Assembly: GCA_046765915.1 (NCBI GenBank)
Contig: JBKPTH010000123.1
Coordinates: forward strand, 1,713 to 65,712
Reading direction: 5' to 3'
DNA from: Acidobacteriota bacterium
Lineage (GTDB): Bacteria; Acidobacteriota; Thermoanaerobaculia; Multivoradales; UBA5704
Length of the DNA: 64,000 nt
The first letter of the stretch is position 1. The number at the start of each line of letters is the position of its first letter. A program made the position numbers and the translations under genes. This document shows positions 50,468 through 60,187 of the stretch, one piece after another. The notes under the pieces were generated by a model. It was not told the origin of the DNA. It did not search any database and saw only the letters and a list, made by a program, of their open reading frames with translations.

Positions 50468-53400
50468 CTACCAGCCCGGCGCGATGAGGAAGCCGGTGAC
50501 CCAGCTCTCGTTCGGCCGCTGGAACGGCTTCGCATAGTAGAACTCCAGCACGGCGAAGCCTCCCAGCAGGATGCGCGCCGAGACGCCGGCGCTGAACACC
50601 GGCACTCTCTCGGTGGTGTTCGTCTCGTAACGCAGCTTCGGCGTCTGGCCCTTGGACCAGGCCGTCCCCGCGTCGACGAAGAAATTCAGGTCCGTGGGCA
50701 GGAAAGGCGCGCGGATCAATCCATAACCCTCGACCCCCAGCAGCGGCACCCGCACCTCGAGATTCGCCACCGCGAGCTTGCTGCCCACCAGGCGGTCGAA
50801 CTCGGGACAGGCCTGCGTGTTGCCCGGCACCGGAGTGCACTCCGAAAGCCCGATGTCTCCCAGCTCGTAGCCGCGCACCAGCGTGGGATAGCCGACGTAG
50901 AGGGTGGTCAGGCGATCGCTCTCGGCGTCCCGGCCGTAACGGCCGAAGTGGAGGCCGCGCATGGCGAGCGTCACCGGCCGGAAGAAGAAGTAGCGCCGGT
51001 AGTCCGCGGTCAGCGATTGGAATTCGAGATCGCCGAAAGTCGGCTCCACGCCCAGCCGGTAGCGGCGGCCGCGCACCGGCGCCGTGAAGCCGAAGTAGCT
51101 GCTGTCGCCGACGAAGGCGAGATTGCCCTGGAAGAGCTGGAGGTCCTCCGGGGCCGGCAGGTTCTGGGTGAAGCGGTCCACCACGGCGTTGCCGACGACC
51201 GCGACCTGCTCGAGCTCGTTCTTGAAACCGATGCGGGTGATGCCGGCCGAGGCTTCCACCCGTTGCGTGGTGGAGAACGGGTATTGCGTGATGAATTCCG
51301 CCCGGTCCTCGGTGATCGTCTGGCGGATCTGCTGCACGATCGTCGCCGGCACCTGGTCGCCGTCGATGTCCACGCTGCCGTTGGTCACCGAGGTGAACGC
51401 CGAGATGTAGGGCAGGTGGCTCGCGGCGCCGCCCCATTGCAGGCGGTTGGCGAGGCTCAGGTAATAGCTCTGGAAGCCGAACTCGTTCAAGGCCCCGGTC
51501 TGGCCCTGCACGGCGACGCCGATCTCCCTCTGGCCAAGCTCGTCGCTGAAGATCGCCGCGATGTCGCCGCCGACGCCGGTGCCGTAGGTGCTGCTGTAGC
51601 CGACGCCGATGCTGGGTCCGATCCAGTCGAGCTTGAAACCGGGATGGTACGGCCGGATCGTCGGCGGCTCGCCCGCCGGCTGCGCCGGCAGGGAGCGGTC
51701 GCGCAGGTATTCCGCCACTAGGCTGCGCGCCTCCGTGCGCTGCGGCGGCAGCATGGCCGCCCGCGCCTCGGCCGCCTCGTCGCGCGCCGCCACCACCGCC
51801 TCGCCGCGCGCCGCCTCGCGGCTCAGGGAGTGAATCTCGTAACGGTCGGCGTTGAAGATCGAGACCAGCACGTCGCCGGTGCGCTGCGAGACCGAAAGCG
51901 CCGGCGAGAGCCGGGTGATGCCGGCCACGCCGGTGGCGGCGCGGGTGACGCGGAACAGCTCGCCGCTGGCGAGCGACAGCCGGTAGAGATCGCTGACGCC
52001 GGCGCGGTCGGAGAGGAAGTAGAGGTCCTCGCCGCCCGGGCCGAAGCGCGGATTGATCTGGGTGGAGCCCGCCATGGGAGCGACCACCTGCTTCGATTGA
52101 CCGCTCGCCACGTCCATCAGCCAGATGCCGACGTCGCTGTATTGCCGGTTGGCCGGATCGCCGCCGGTGCCGCGGTCGGTGACGTAGGCCAGGCTGCGGC
52201 CGTCCGGCGACCATTCGGGCTGCAGCTCGGCGAAGGCGTCGTTGGTCAATCGCCGCGAGCGGCCGCTCTCCACGTCGACCAGGAAGAGGTCCGTCCACCC
52301 TCCCACGGAGCCGGAGAGCGCGATGGAGCGGCCATCCGGCGACCAGGCGGGATTCCAGAGCTGCCCCGCCTCGGGAATGCCGATCTGCCGCTCGATGCGG
52401 CGGGACCCCACGTTGAGGATGGCCAGCTCGTTGTCTCCCCGCGTCTGCACGACGAGGGCGAACTTCGAGCCGTCGGGCGACCAGGCGCCGGCCGAGTCGA
52501 GGAAGCGCAGCGAATCGAGGTGCGCGTCGGCGTCGGCCGAGAACAGCCGACCCTTGATCTCGCCGGTCCGGGCGTCCGCCAGATAGAGGTCGAAGGTGAA
52601 CAGGCTGCGCGTCGAGAAGACGGCGAATTGCGTGCCGTCCGGGCTGAGCACCGGCGAGACGTAGGTATCGATCGTCTTCTTCTCCTTCGGCAGCAGGATC
52701 TGGCCGAGCACGGCGGGCGTCTGCCGGCTCTCGATCACCGGGCCGTAGGCCTCGCGGATGGACGCCTTCCAATCCTCGGAGAACTGCTTGAGGTCGGAGG
52801 CGAGCACCTCCTGCAGCGCGCCCTCGATGCCCACCCGCGCGCCGCGGGCGAACAGCCGGCCGACGACCATGTCACCCCACCGTCCGCCGACGTAGGCCCA
52901 GAAGGCGTGGCCCCAGCGGTAGGGGAAGTAGCGCGGATCGCGCGACAGCTTCTCCAGGTCGGGCAGCGAGTCGCGGGCCAGGGCGTCGCGCAGGTACATG
53001 GCCGTCTGCGGCGCGAAGCGGCCGAGGGAGAGGTACTCTGCCATGCCCTCGACGAACCACAGCGGCAGATCGACCGGCGCGGAGCGGGCGGCCGCCTCCG
53101 GTTGGGCGCCGCGCCGATCCTGCAGAATGTCGTACTGGAAGACGTGCACCAGCTCGTGGCCGAGCACGTGGTCGGTGTCCTCGAAGTTGCCGGTGAAGGG
53201 CAGGACGACGCGCGTGCGCAGCCCCTCGGTGAAGCCGCCCGTCCCTTCGCCGATGAGGCCGCGGGTCACCGTGGTCTGCTGGAAATCCGCCTGATCGGCG
53301 TAGAGGATGATGGTCTTCCGCTCGGAGAACTCGCGGCCGAAGATCTGCGACAGGCGTCCGTACCAGCGCTCCGCCATGCGGGCGGCCTCGCGCACGGCGG

Positions 53401-53587
53401 CCTCCTCCTCCGGATAGAAATGGATGTCGAAGTGCTCCGTCTTGAGCACCTGCCAGTGGAAATTCTCGTATTGGACCTTGTTGCGGCCGAAGTATTGGGC
53501 GGAGGCGTCACCCGGCAGACACGCCAGCGCGGCGAGGGCGAGGACGAACCGGAGTGCCGTCCAAGGGGGAGGGAGGGGGCGGGCCAT
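50468..53587 (-). CDS. Large secreted protein: MA-clan metallopeptidase-like domain, TolB-type (PD40) beta-propeller repeats, and C-terminal Omp85/surface-antigen-like barrel
   Basis: Signal peptide from ATG 53587 (AAGGAGG upstream). HELVHVFQYD. Repeated SPDG motifs (VLSPDGTQFAV, WSPDGSKFAL, WSPDGRSIAL, WSPDGRSLAY). C-terminal beta-barrel-like end ...FLIAPGW. Confidence 0.7.
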   Translation of the reverse strand: MARPLPPPWTALRFVLALAALACLPGDASAQYFGRNKVQYENFHWQVLKTEHFDIHFYPEEEAAVREAARMAERWYGRLSQIFGREFSERKTIILYADQADFQQTTVTRGLIGEGTGGFTEGLRTRVVLPFTGNFEDTDHVLGHELVHVFQYDILQDRRGAQPEAAARSAPVDLPLWFVEGMAEYLSLGRFAPQTAMYLRDALARDSLPDLEKLSRDPRYFPYRWGHAFWAYVGGRWGDMVVGRLFARGARVGIEGALQEVLASDLKQFSEDWKASIREAYGPVIESRQTPAVLGQILLPKEKKTIDTYVSPVLSPDGTQFAVFSTRSLFTFDLYLADARTGEIKGRLFSADADAHLDSLRFLDSAGAWSPDGSKFALVVQTRGDNELAILNVGSRRIERQIGIPEAGQLWNPAWSPDGRSIALSGSVGGWTDLFLVDVESGRSRRLTNDAFAELQPEWSPDGRSLAYVTDRGTGGDPANRQYSDVGIWLMDVASGQSKQVVAPMAGSTQINPRFGPGGEDLYFLSDRAGVSDLYRLSLASGELFRVTRAATGVAGITRLSPALSVSQRTGDVLVSIFNADRYEIHSLSREAARGEAVVAARDEAAEARAAMLPPQRTEARSLVAEYLRDRSLPAQPAGEPPTIRPYHPGFKLDWIGPSIGVGYSSTYGTGVGGDIAAIFSDELGQREIGVAVQGQTGALNEFGFQSYYLSLANRLQWGGAASHLPYISAFTSVTNGSVDIDGDQVPATIVQQIRQTITEDRAEFITQYPFSTTQRVEASAGITRIGFKNELEQVAVVGNAVVDRFTQNLPAPEDLQLFQGNLAFVGDSSYFGFTAPVRGRRYRLGVEPTFGDLEFQSLTADYRRYFFFRPVTLAMRGLHFGRYGRDAESDRLTTLYVGYPTLVRGYELGDIGLSECTPVPGNTQACPEFDRLVGSKLAVANLEVRVPLLGVEGYGLIRAPFLPTDLNFFVDAGTAWSKGQTPKLRYETNTTERVPVFSAGVSARILLGGFAVLEFYYAKPFQRPNESWVTGFLIAPGW

Positions 53588-53748
53588 GGGACCTCCTTTG
53601 CCAGATGGGGAGGCCGGGCCTGCAACAGCAAGACCGTCAAGGCACCGGAGACCTCCCCGACCGTCCGGCATTCAAAACCGGTGCCTCGGACCTCGCTATA
53701 CTAGCCTCAACTGGGCGGCTCGGCGCCGATCCGCCTGGAAAGGACACC

Positions 53749-53955
53749 ATGCGAGTCAAACGGGTAGCGGGACGCAGGGAGGGGGAAGATCCCCTGCGGG
53801 ACATCGATATCCTTCAGGACACCGTCAACAAGCTGCGCGGCTGCGGTCTGATCCCCAAGGGCGTGTACCGGTTCCGGACGCACGAGGAGGCGGATGAATG
53901 GATGATGCGCCAGATCGCGGCGAATCACGCGCGCCACGCCTCGAAGACCTCGTAG
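53749..53955 (+). CDS. Small hypothetical protein (68 aa)
   Basis: Internal ATG of ORF 53554..53955. GVYRFRTHEEADEWMM resembles a recurrent small-protein motif. Weak. Confidence 0.3.
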   Translation: MRVKRVAGRREGEDPLRDIDILQDTVNKLRGCGLIPKGVYRFRTHEEADEWMMRQIAANHARHASKTS

Positions 53956-53985
53956 AGCTCTGCAGGGCCCTCGAGTAATGCGGGG

Positions 53986-55524
53986 CTATTGGGATTCCTT
54001 GATCGGGACCTCGGCTGCCGGTGCCACCGCCCGCCTGCCCGCCAACAACCGCTTCACCGTCAACCGCGCATTGTCCAGCTCCGCGAACACCCAGAGCTTC
54101 ACGCCCCTCGCCGCCATGTGGAAAGGCGCGAGCTTGAGGTCGTAGAGGGCCCGGATCCGCCGGCCGTCGTTGCGCCTGCCCGCCTCGCCGGCGGCCCGGC
54201 GGGCGAGCGCGATCCTGGCAAAGCGGCGGTTGTAGATCCGCATCATGTGGTAGCTCAGGAAAGCCGGCTTGGGACCGAGCACGGGCATCCAGTGGAACTT
54301 GCCGAAGAAGCGATAGGCCGGGATCACCACGAAGATGTAGTACTGCGCCGTGTCCATGAGGAACGACGCCGACAGCAGGTCGTGCTCCCCCATGTAGAAG
54401 TACTTGTCCTTGAAGATCGCGCGGAAGAAGCGGTGATAGGAGCGCACGAAGGTCGCGTTGTGTTCGGCGATGCGGGCGGCGACGTCCTCCCCCGCCGTCT
54501 GCGCCTTGACGATCTCCACCGTCGCCTCGACGGAGAACGAGGCGTGGTCGAGCCCCGGCGAGTAGTAGGGATCGAGAAAGGCCGCCGCGTCTCCGAGCAG
54601 CGCCCAGCCGTCGCCCATGTACTGGCGGGTCACGTAGGCCAGGTTCGAATAGGTGCGCAGGTCCTCCGCCTTGTGGCTCGCCCCTTCGATCAGCTCCGCC
54701 GCCGCCGGGATGGCGCGCAGGAACGCCAGATAGTCGCGCTCCAGGTTCTCGCCCCGCTCGAGGTGCACCAGCCGGGTGTCGAAGACGATGCCGATGCTGG
54801 TCTCGCCGTTGCCGAGGGGAATGAACCAGACCCAGTAGCCGAAGCCCAGGTAGTGGTTGGTGGCCAGGCGGCGCGACGCCACGTTGCCGCGGGAGAAGGC
54901 GAGCGGACCGCGGGCGGCGACGTCGTCGAGGTGGCGCACGCCCTCCCACCGGCACCAGACCGCCGCCGTCGGGTGCTCGCGGTTGCGCTCGATCAGGCCC
55001 AGGCGCTTGCCGAGGAAGGTGGCCCGCCCGGTGGCATCGAGCACCCAGCGGCAGCCGACCGTCTCCGTCTCGCCGTCCCGTTCGATGGTGACGCGGTGGT
55101 CGAAGGTCCCCAGCTCGACCTCCCGCACCCGCGCCGGCCGGACCAGCTCCGCGCCCTCCGCCACGGCCGTGGCGAGCAGGTGCTCGTCGAGGACGTCGCG
55201 GCGGAGCTGGAAGGAGGGGACGGTGCTGCGCTGGTAGGCGCCGCTCTCGCTGGCCTCGGCGTGGCGGCTCACCTTCTCGTTATGGAACCAGTAGCGCAGC
55301 CCCTCCTTCGGCAGGTGCTCGCGCTCCAGGTGCTGCCACATGGCGAGCCGCCGGGTGAGGAACATCCCCGACATCTCCGTCGTCGCCTCCCCCACCTTGG
55401 CGTCGAAGGCCGCCGCCTTCTCCACGACCAGGACGGAGAGGTCCGGCCGGTCCCGCCGCAGCAGGATCGCCGCCGAGGCGCCGCTGAAGGCACCGCCGAG
55501 GATGATGACGTCGTAGTGCTTCAT
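53986..55524 (-). CDS. FAD-dependent oxidoreductase of the flavin-dependent (tryptophan) halogenase-like family
   Basis: DVIILGGAFSGASAA (GxGxxG), KVGEAT, GYWVWFIPL (halogenase WxWxIP-like motif), FLDPYYSPGLD. Confidence 0.65.
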   Translation of the reverse strand: MKHYDVIILGGAFSGASAAILLRRDRPDLSVLVVEKAAAFDAKVGEATTEMSGMFLTRRLAMWQHLEREHLPKEGLRYWFHNEKVSRHAEASESGAYQRSTVPSFQLRRDVLDEHLLATAVAEGAELVRPARVREVELGTFDHRVTIERDGETETVGCRWVLDATGRATFLGKRLGLIERNREHPTAAVWCRWEGVRHLDDVAARGPLAFSRGNVASRRLATNHYLGFGYWVWFIPLGNGETSIGIVFDTRLVHLERGENLERDYLAFLRAIPAAAELIEGASHKAEDLRTYSNLAYVTRQYMGDGWALLGDAAAFLDPYYSPGLDHASFSVEATVEIVKAQTAGEDVAARIAEHNATFVRSYHRFFRAIFKDKYFYMGEHDLLSASFLMDTAQYYIFVVIPAYRFFGKFHWMPVLGPKPAFLSYHMMRIYNRRFARIALARRAAGEAGRRNDGRRIRALYDLKLAPFHMAARGVKLWVFAELDNARLTVKRLLAGRRAVAPAAEVPIKESQ

Positions 55525-55776
55525 GGGTGTCGAGTTTAGCAGGCCGATGTGCGCTCCGAAGCCTCACCCTTTTCTGGGAGCGCCGGCGTCCTCGCCGGCC
55601 TTACCTCTTCAAAGCTGCCGGCGAGGACGCCGGCGTTCCCAGGAAATCCCCCGTGGTTGCGGGAATACCCAACCTGGTTCACAATACGGACCCGCCAGAC
55701 ATGCCACGCCCTCACCCCGTCTCACCCACCTTTCCCGCATGAACTAGCCGATATCGGAGACAACTTGACTCGCAGA

Positions 55777-57639
55777 ATGCTGATCAACGCGCAGCGTCCG
55801 GAAGAGTTGCGCGTCGCCATCGTCCACGGCAACGCCCTGGAGAACTACAAGGTCGACGTCGCGGAGGCCGGCCTCACCCGCGGCAACATCTACCGCGGCA
55901 TCATCGCCAACATCCAGCCCAGCCTGAACGCCGCGTTCATCGACTACGGCACCGAGCGCCACGGTTTCCTGGCGATCCAGGACGTCGTCCCCGACGCCTT
56001 CTACCGCCACCCGAAGAACCCCCACCCGCGCATCGAGGAGGTCCTGGAAAAGGGCAAGCCGATCGTCGTCCAGGTGACCAAGGACCCCATGGGGCAGAAG
56101 GGCGCGGCGCTCACCACCAGCCTCTCGCTCGCCGGCCGCTACCTCGTGCTGACGCCCTTCGACGACACCCGCGGCGTCTCCCGCAAGGTCGAGGACGAGG
56201 ACACGCGCAAGAAGCTCAAGGGGCTCGCCAACAGCCTCGACCTGCCGCAGGGCTGCGGCGTCATCCTGCGCACCAACGCCCTCGGCCAGACCAAGACGAC
56301 GCTCAACCGCGACCTCGCGGCCCTGCTGCGGCTGTGGAAGCGCGTGCAGGCCGCGGCCATCCAGGGCAAGGGGACGCGGCTGCTCTACAGCGACCAGGAC
56401 CTGATCCTCCAGGCGCTGCGGGACTATCTCGACCCCACCATCGCCGAGGTGCTGGCCGACGACGACGAGGCCTACCGCAAGGCGCAGGCGTACATCCAGG
56501 CGTTCCTGCCGCGCTCGAAGACCCGGCTGGTGCGCTACTCGGACCGCCTGCCCCTCTTCAGCCGCTACGATCTCGAGCCGCAGATCGACCGCATCTACGA
56601 GCGGCGGGTGGAGTTGCCGAGCGGCGGCTCGATCGTCATCGACGCCACCGAGGCGCTCACCGCGATCGACGTCAACTCCGGCCGTTCGACCCGCGCCGCC
56701 ACCCAGGAGGAAACGGCGGTCCACACCAACCTCGAAGCGGCCGCCGAGGTGGCGCGCCAGCTCCGCCTGCGCGACATCGGCGGCATCGTGGTGGTGGATT
56801 TCATCGACATGCGCGCGTCGAAGAACCAGCGCCGGGTCGAGAAGGATCTCAAGGAGGCGCTCAAGAACGACAAGGCGCGCACGACGGTGGGCCGCATCTC
56901 CGCCAACGGTCTGCTGGAGATCAACCGCCAGCGCATCCAGCAGGCCCTCCAACTCCGCACCCACCGCACCTGCCCCACCTGCAACGGCGTCGGCAGCCTG
57001 GCGAGCGAGGAGATGGTGAGCCTCTCCATCCTCCGTCGCGTCGAGGCCCGCGCCGCCACCGGCTCGATCCAGGGCGTGCGCATCAGCCTCCACCCGGAGC
57101 TGGCGGACGCGCTGCAGAATCACTATCGGCGTGAGCTCGGCGCCTTGGAAGAAGAGTTCGACATCGAGATCGAGATCATCGCTCAGCCGGGTCTCCACCG
57201 TCCCGAGGAGCGCCTCGATTGGCAGAAGCGGGAGCGGCCCGTGCGTCCGCCGAAGCAGGCGGCGCCCGTCATCCTCCAGCCCTGGGACCTGGCTCTTCCC
57301 GGGCTGGAGGAGGAAGAGGAAGAGATAATAGACGTAGAGCCCGTCGAAGCCGAAGATCGCGAGGAAAAACCCGAGACCGCGGAAGAAGCGGAACAGAGAC
57401 GCCGCCGAAGGCGCCGCGGCGGGCGCAAGCGCAAGAAGAAGACAGTGGGAGGTGGCGGCGAGGGCGCCGCGGAGGAGGCCGGCGCCGCCATACAGGCTAC
57501 GGAAGCGTCCGGAGATGCCGAAGATGGTGAAGGGCCAGACGAAGAGGAGGAGTCCCCTGAAGGCGGTGCGCCCAGTGAGGGAAGCAACGGCGGCGGCCAG
57601 GGAAAGCGGCGGAGGCGGCGACGACGGCGGCGGAAGTAG
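55777..57639 (+). CDS. rne: Ribonuclease E/G family protein with Arg/Glu-rich C-terminal tail
   Basis: MLINAQRPEELRVAIVHGNALENY..., S1 domain GNIYRGIIANIQPSLNAAFIDYG, and catalytic region IDATEALTAIDVNSG. Alternative TTG start at 55765. Confidence 0.85.
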   Translation: MLINAQRPEELRVAIVHGNALENYKVDVAEAGLTRGNIYRGIIANIQPSLNAAFIDYGTERHGFLAIQDVVPDAFYRHPKNPHPRIEEVLEKGKPIVVQVTKDPMGQKGAALTTSLSLAGRYLVLTPFDDTRGVSRKVEDEDTRKKLKGLANSLDLPQGCGVILRTNALGQTKTTLNRDLAALLRLWKRVQAAAIQGKGTRLLYSDQDLILQALRDYLDPTIAEVLADDDEAYRKAQAYIQAFLPRSKTRLVRYSDRLPLFSRYDLEPQIDRIYERRVELPSGGSIVIDATEALTAIDVNSGRSTRAATQEETAVHTNLEAAAEVARQLRLRDIGGIVVVDFIDMRASKNQRRVEKDLKEALKNDKARTTVGRISANGLLEINRQRIQQALQLRTHRTCPTCNGVGSLASEEMVSLSILRRVEARAATGSIQGVRISLHPELADALQNHYRRELGALEEEFDIEIEIIAQPGLHRPEERLDWQKRERPVRPPKQAAPVILQPWDLALPGLEEEEEEIIDVEPVEAEDREEKPETAEEAEQRRRRRRRGGRKRKKKTVGGGGEGAAEEAGAAIQATEASGDAEDGEGPDEEEESPEGGAPSEGSNGGGQGKRRRRRRRRRK

Positions 57640-57676
57640 CGGTTCAGGGGGCGAGGTGCAATTCGGCGCGCCGTTC

Positions 57677-60109
57677 TCAGCGCCAGAAAATCGGAAACGC
57701 CCCCGGATCCCCCTCGTGCATGATCTCGTACACCGCTTCGAAGACGGACTCCCGGTTGGGCTTCGAGAAGTAGTCGCCGTCCGAGCCGTAGGAGGGGCGG
57801 TGTTCCTTGCCGGTCAGGGTCCGCGGCGCGGCGTCGAGCCAGACGAAGCCGCCCTGTACCTCCAGAACCTGCCGCATCATGTAGGCGCTGGCGCCGCCGG
57901 GCACGTCCTCGTCCAGGAAGAGGACACGGCTCGTCTTCTTGAGTGACTCGACGATCTTTCCTTGTAAATCGAACGGCAGCAAGGTCTGCACGTCGATGAT
58001 CTCGGTGTCGATCCCCACCTCCGCCAGCTTCTGCGCCGCGTCGAGGGCGATGCGACAACAGGCGCCGTAAGTGACGACGGTCAAGTCGCTCCCCTCGCGG
58101 ATCACCTCCGGCACGCCCAACGGCACTCGCATCTCGCCGATGTTGGATGGCAGCTTCTCTTTCAGGCGATAGCCGTTCAGCACCTCGACGACCAGGCCCG
58201 GATCGTCCCCTTCGAGGAGGGTGTTGTAGAAGCCGGCGGCCTGGGTCATGTTGCGCGGCACGCAGACGTAGATGCCGCGCACCAGGTTGAGGATGCCCGC
58301 CATCGGCGAGCCGGAGTGCCAGATCCCCTCCAGGCGATGGCCGCGCGTGCGCACGATCACCGGCGCCTTCTGGCGGCCCTTGGTGCGCCAGCGCAGGGTG
58401 GCGAGATCGTCGGAGAGGATCTGCAGGCCGTAGAGGACGTAATCGAGATACTGGATCTCGGCGATCGGCCGCAAGCCGCGCATCGCCATGCCGATCGCCT
58501 GGCCCATGATCGTCGTCTCGCGGATGCCGGTGTCGGTCACCCGCAGAGGGCCGTACTTGGCTTGCAGGCCGGCGAAGCCCTGGTTGACGTCGCCGATCTT
58601 GCCCACGTCCTCGCCGATGGCGACGACGTTGGGGAAGCGCGAGAGCGCGGCGTCGAAGCAGGCGTTGAGCACCTCGAAGCCGTTGAGCACCGGCGAGTCG
58701 TCCTGGTAGACGGCCGCCACCGGCTCGACCTTCAGGGCCGCCTGCGGCGTGCGGCTGTAGAGGTCGGAGTTGTAGCGGTCCTCGTTGAGCCGCTCCTGCT
58801 CCTGCCGCCACTCGATCAGCCGGCGGGCGGCGTCCTCCCCCGCCGCGGCGACGATGGCGCTGTGGACGGCCGCCAGGATGTCGCGGCGCAGCGCCATCGG
58901 CTGCCGCTCGAGGTCCTGGCGGATCTTCCGCACCTCCTCGCCGGCCGCCGACTGGCGGGCGAGCTCGTCGAGCAGCCCCAGCGCCGTCTTCTTTTCCTCG
59001 TCGATCGGCGCGCGGAACGCCTCCCAGGCCCGGCGCTGCGCCTCGCGCACGGCGCGCAGATCCTCCTCCTCCGCCGCGTCGAGCTCGGCGGCGGCGGCGA
59101 TGCCCTGCTCGATCATCCACAGGCGCATCTTGCGGATGGGATCGAACTCGGCTTCCCAGTCCAGCCTCTCGCGCGACTTGTAGCGCTCGTGGCTGCCCGA
59201 GGTGGAGTGGCCCTGCGGCTGGGTCATCTCCGTGACGTGGACGATGGCCGGCACGTGCTCGCGGCGCACGATCTGCACGGCCGAGAGATAGGTCTCGCAG
59301 AGGCCCGCGTAATCCCAGCCCTTCACCGTGTAGAGGTCGTACCCCTGGCGGCTCTCGGGCAGGCGGCGGAACCCGGAGAGCAGGGCCGAGAGGTCCCCCT
59401 TGGTGACCTGCATCTCGTTGGGCACCGAGATGCCGTAGCCGTCGTCCCAGATGGAGAGCAGCATCGGCGACTGCAGGACGCCCACGGCGTTGACCGCCTC
59501 CCAGAACATGCCCTCGGCGCAGCTCGCGTTGCCGATGGTGCCGAAGGCCACCTCCTCGCCGTTGCGCGAGAACGGCGCCGCCGTCTCGCGCAGCTCCGGC
59601 AGCTCGCGGTAGAGGCGCGAGGCATAGGCGAGCCCCACCAGGCGCGGCATCTGCGAGCCGGTGGGCGACACGTCGGACGGTACGTTGACCCCGTCGAGCT
59701 GATTCCGGAAGCGGCCGTCCGGCTCGAGCATGCAGGTGGCGAAATGAGCGGTCATCGAGCGGCCCGCCGAGCAGGGTTCCCGCTCGATGTCGGCATCGGC
59801 GTAGAGCTGGGCGAAGAGCTCCTCCAGGGTGAGGAGGCCGAGCGCCATCATCAGCGTCTGGTCGCGGTAATAACCGGAGCGGAAATCCCCCGGCCGGAAG
59901 GCGCGCGCGAGCGCCACCTGCGCCACCTCCTTGCCGTCGCCGAAGATGCCGAACTTGGCCTTGCCGGTGAACACCTCCCGGCGCCCGATCAGGCTCGCCT
60001 GACGGCTCTGATAGGCGATGCGGTAGTCGCGAAGAATGCTCTCCTTCGTGAACTGCGAGCCGCCGCCGGCCGGAAGCGCCGCGTCCCGATCAGTCAGGGG
60101 AATGGTCAT
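57677..60109 (-). CDS. Fused 2-oxoacid dehydrogenase E1 component (alpha+beta, TPP-dependent)
   Basis: The N-terminal half is E1-alpha-like ([16 protein letters not shown]). The C-terminal half is transketolase-pyrimidine/E1-beta-like (VVAIGEDVG...GGVF-type, [10 protein letters not shown]). Confidence 0.8.
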   Translation of the reverse strand: MTIPLTDRDAALPAGGGSQFTKESILRDYRIAYQSRQASLIGRREVFTGKAKFGIFGDGKEVAQVALARAFRPGDFRSGYYRDQTLMMALGLLTLEELFAQLYADADIEREPCSAGRSMTAHFATCMLEPDGRFRNQLDGVNVPSDVSPTGSQMPRLVGLAYASRLYRELPELRETAAPFSRNGEEVAFGTIGNASCAEGMFWEAVNAVGVLQSPMLLSIWDDGYGISVPNEMQVTKGDLSALLSGFRRLPESRQGYDLYTVKGWDYAGLCETYLSAVQIVRREHVPAIVHVTEMTQPQGHSTSGSHERYKSRERLDWEAEFDPIRKMRLWMIEQGIAAAAELDAAEEEDLRAVREAQRRAWEAFRAPIDEEKKTALGLLDELARQSAAGEEVRKIRQDLERQPMALRRDILAAVHSAIVAAAGEDAARRLIEWRQEQERLNEDRYNSDLYSRTPQAALKVEPVAAVYQDDSPVLNGFEVLNACFDAALSRFPNVVAIGEDVGKIGDVNQGFAGLQAKYGPLRVTDTGIRETTIMGQAIGMAMRGLRPIAEIQYLDYVLYGLQILSDDLATLRWRTKGRQKAPVIVRTRGHRLEGIWHSGSPMAGILNLVRGIYVCVPRNMTQAAGFYNTLLEGDDPGLVVEVLNGYRLKEKLPSNIGEMRVPLGVPEVIREGSDLTVVTYGACCRIALDAAQKLAEVGIDTEIIDVQTLLPFDLQGKIVESLKKTSRVLFLDEDVPGGASAYMMRQVLEVQGGFVWLDAAPRTLTGKEHRPSYGSDGDYFSKPNRESVFEAVYEIMHEGDPGAFPIFWR

Positions 60110-60147
60110 ACGCGAAATGCTAGCACGCGTTGCCTGAAGATAACGCT

Positions 60148-60180
60148 GTCCTTGCCGTCCTTTTCGTCCTTGTCGTCCCT
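60148..60180 (-). repeat. 4 x AAGGAC (GTCCTT on + strand) at exact 9-nt period upstream of the E1 gene
   Basis: GTCCTT at 60148, 60157, 60166 and GTCCCT at 60175. Lies 39-71 nt upstream of the E1 start (60109) in sense orientation. Confidence 0.8.
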
Positions 60181-60187
60181 TCTTCGA

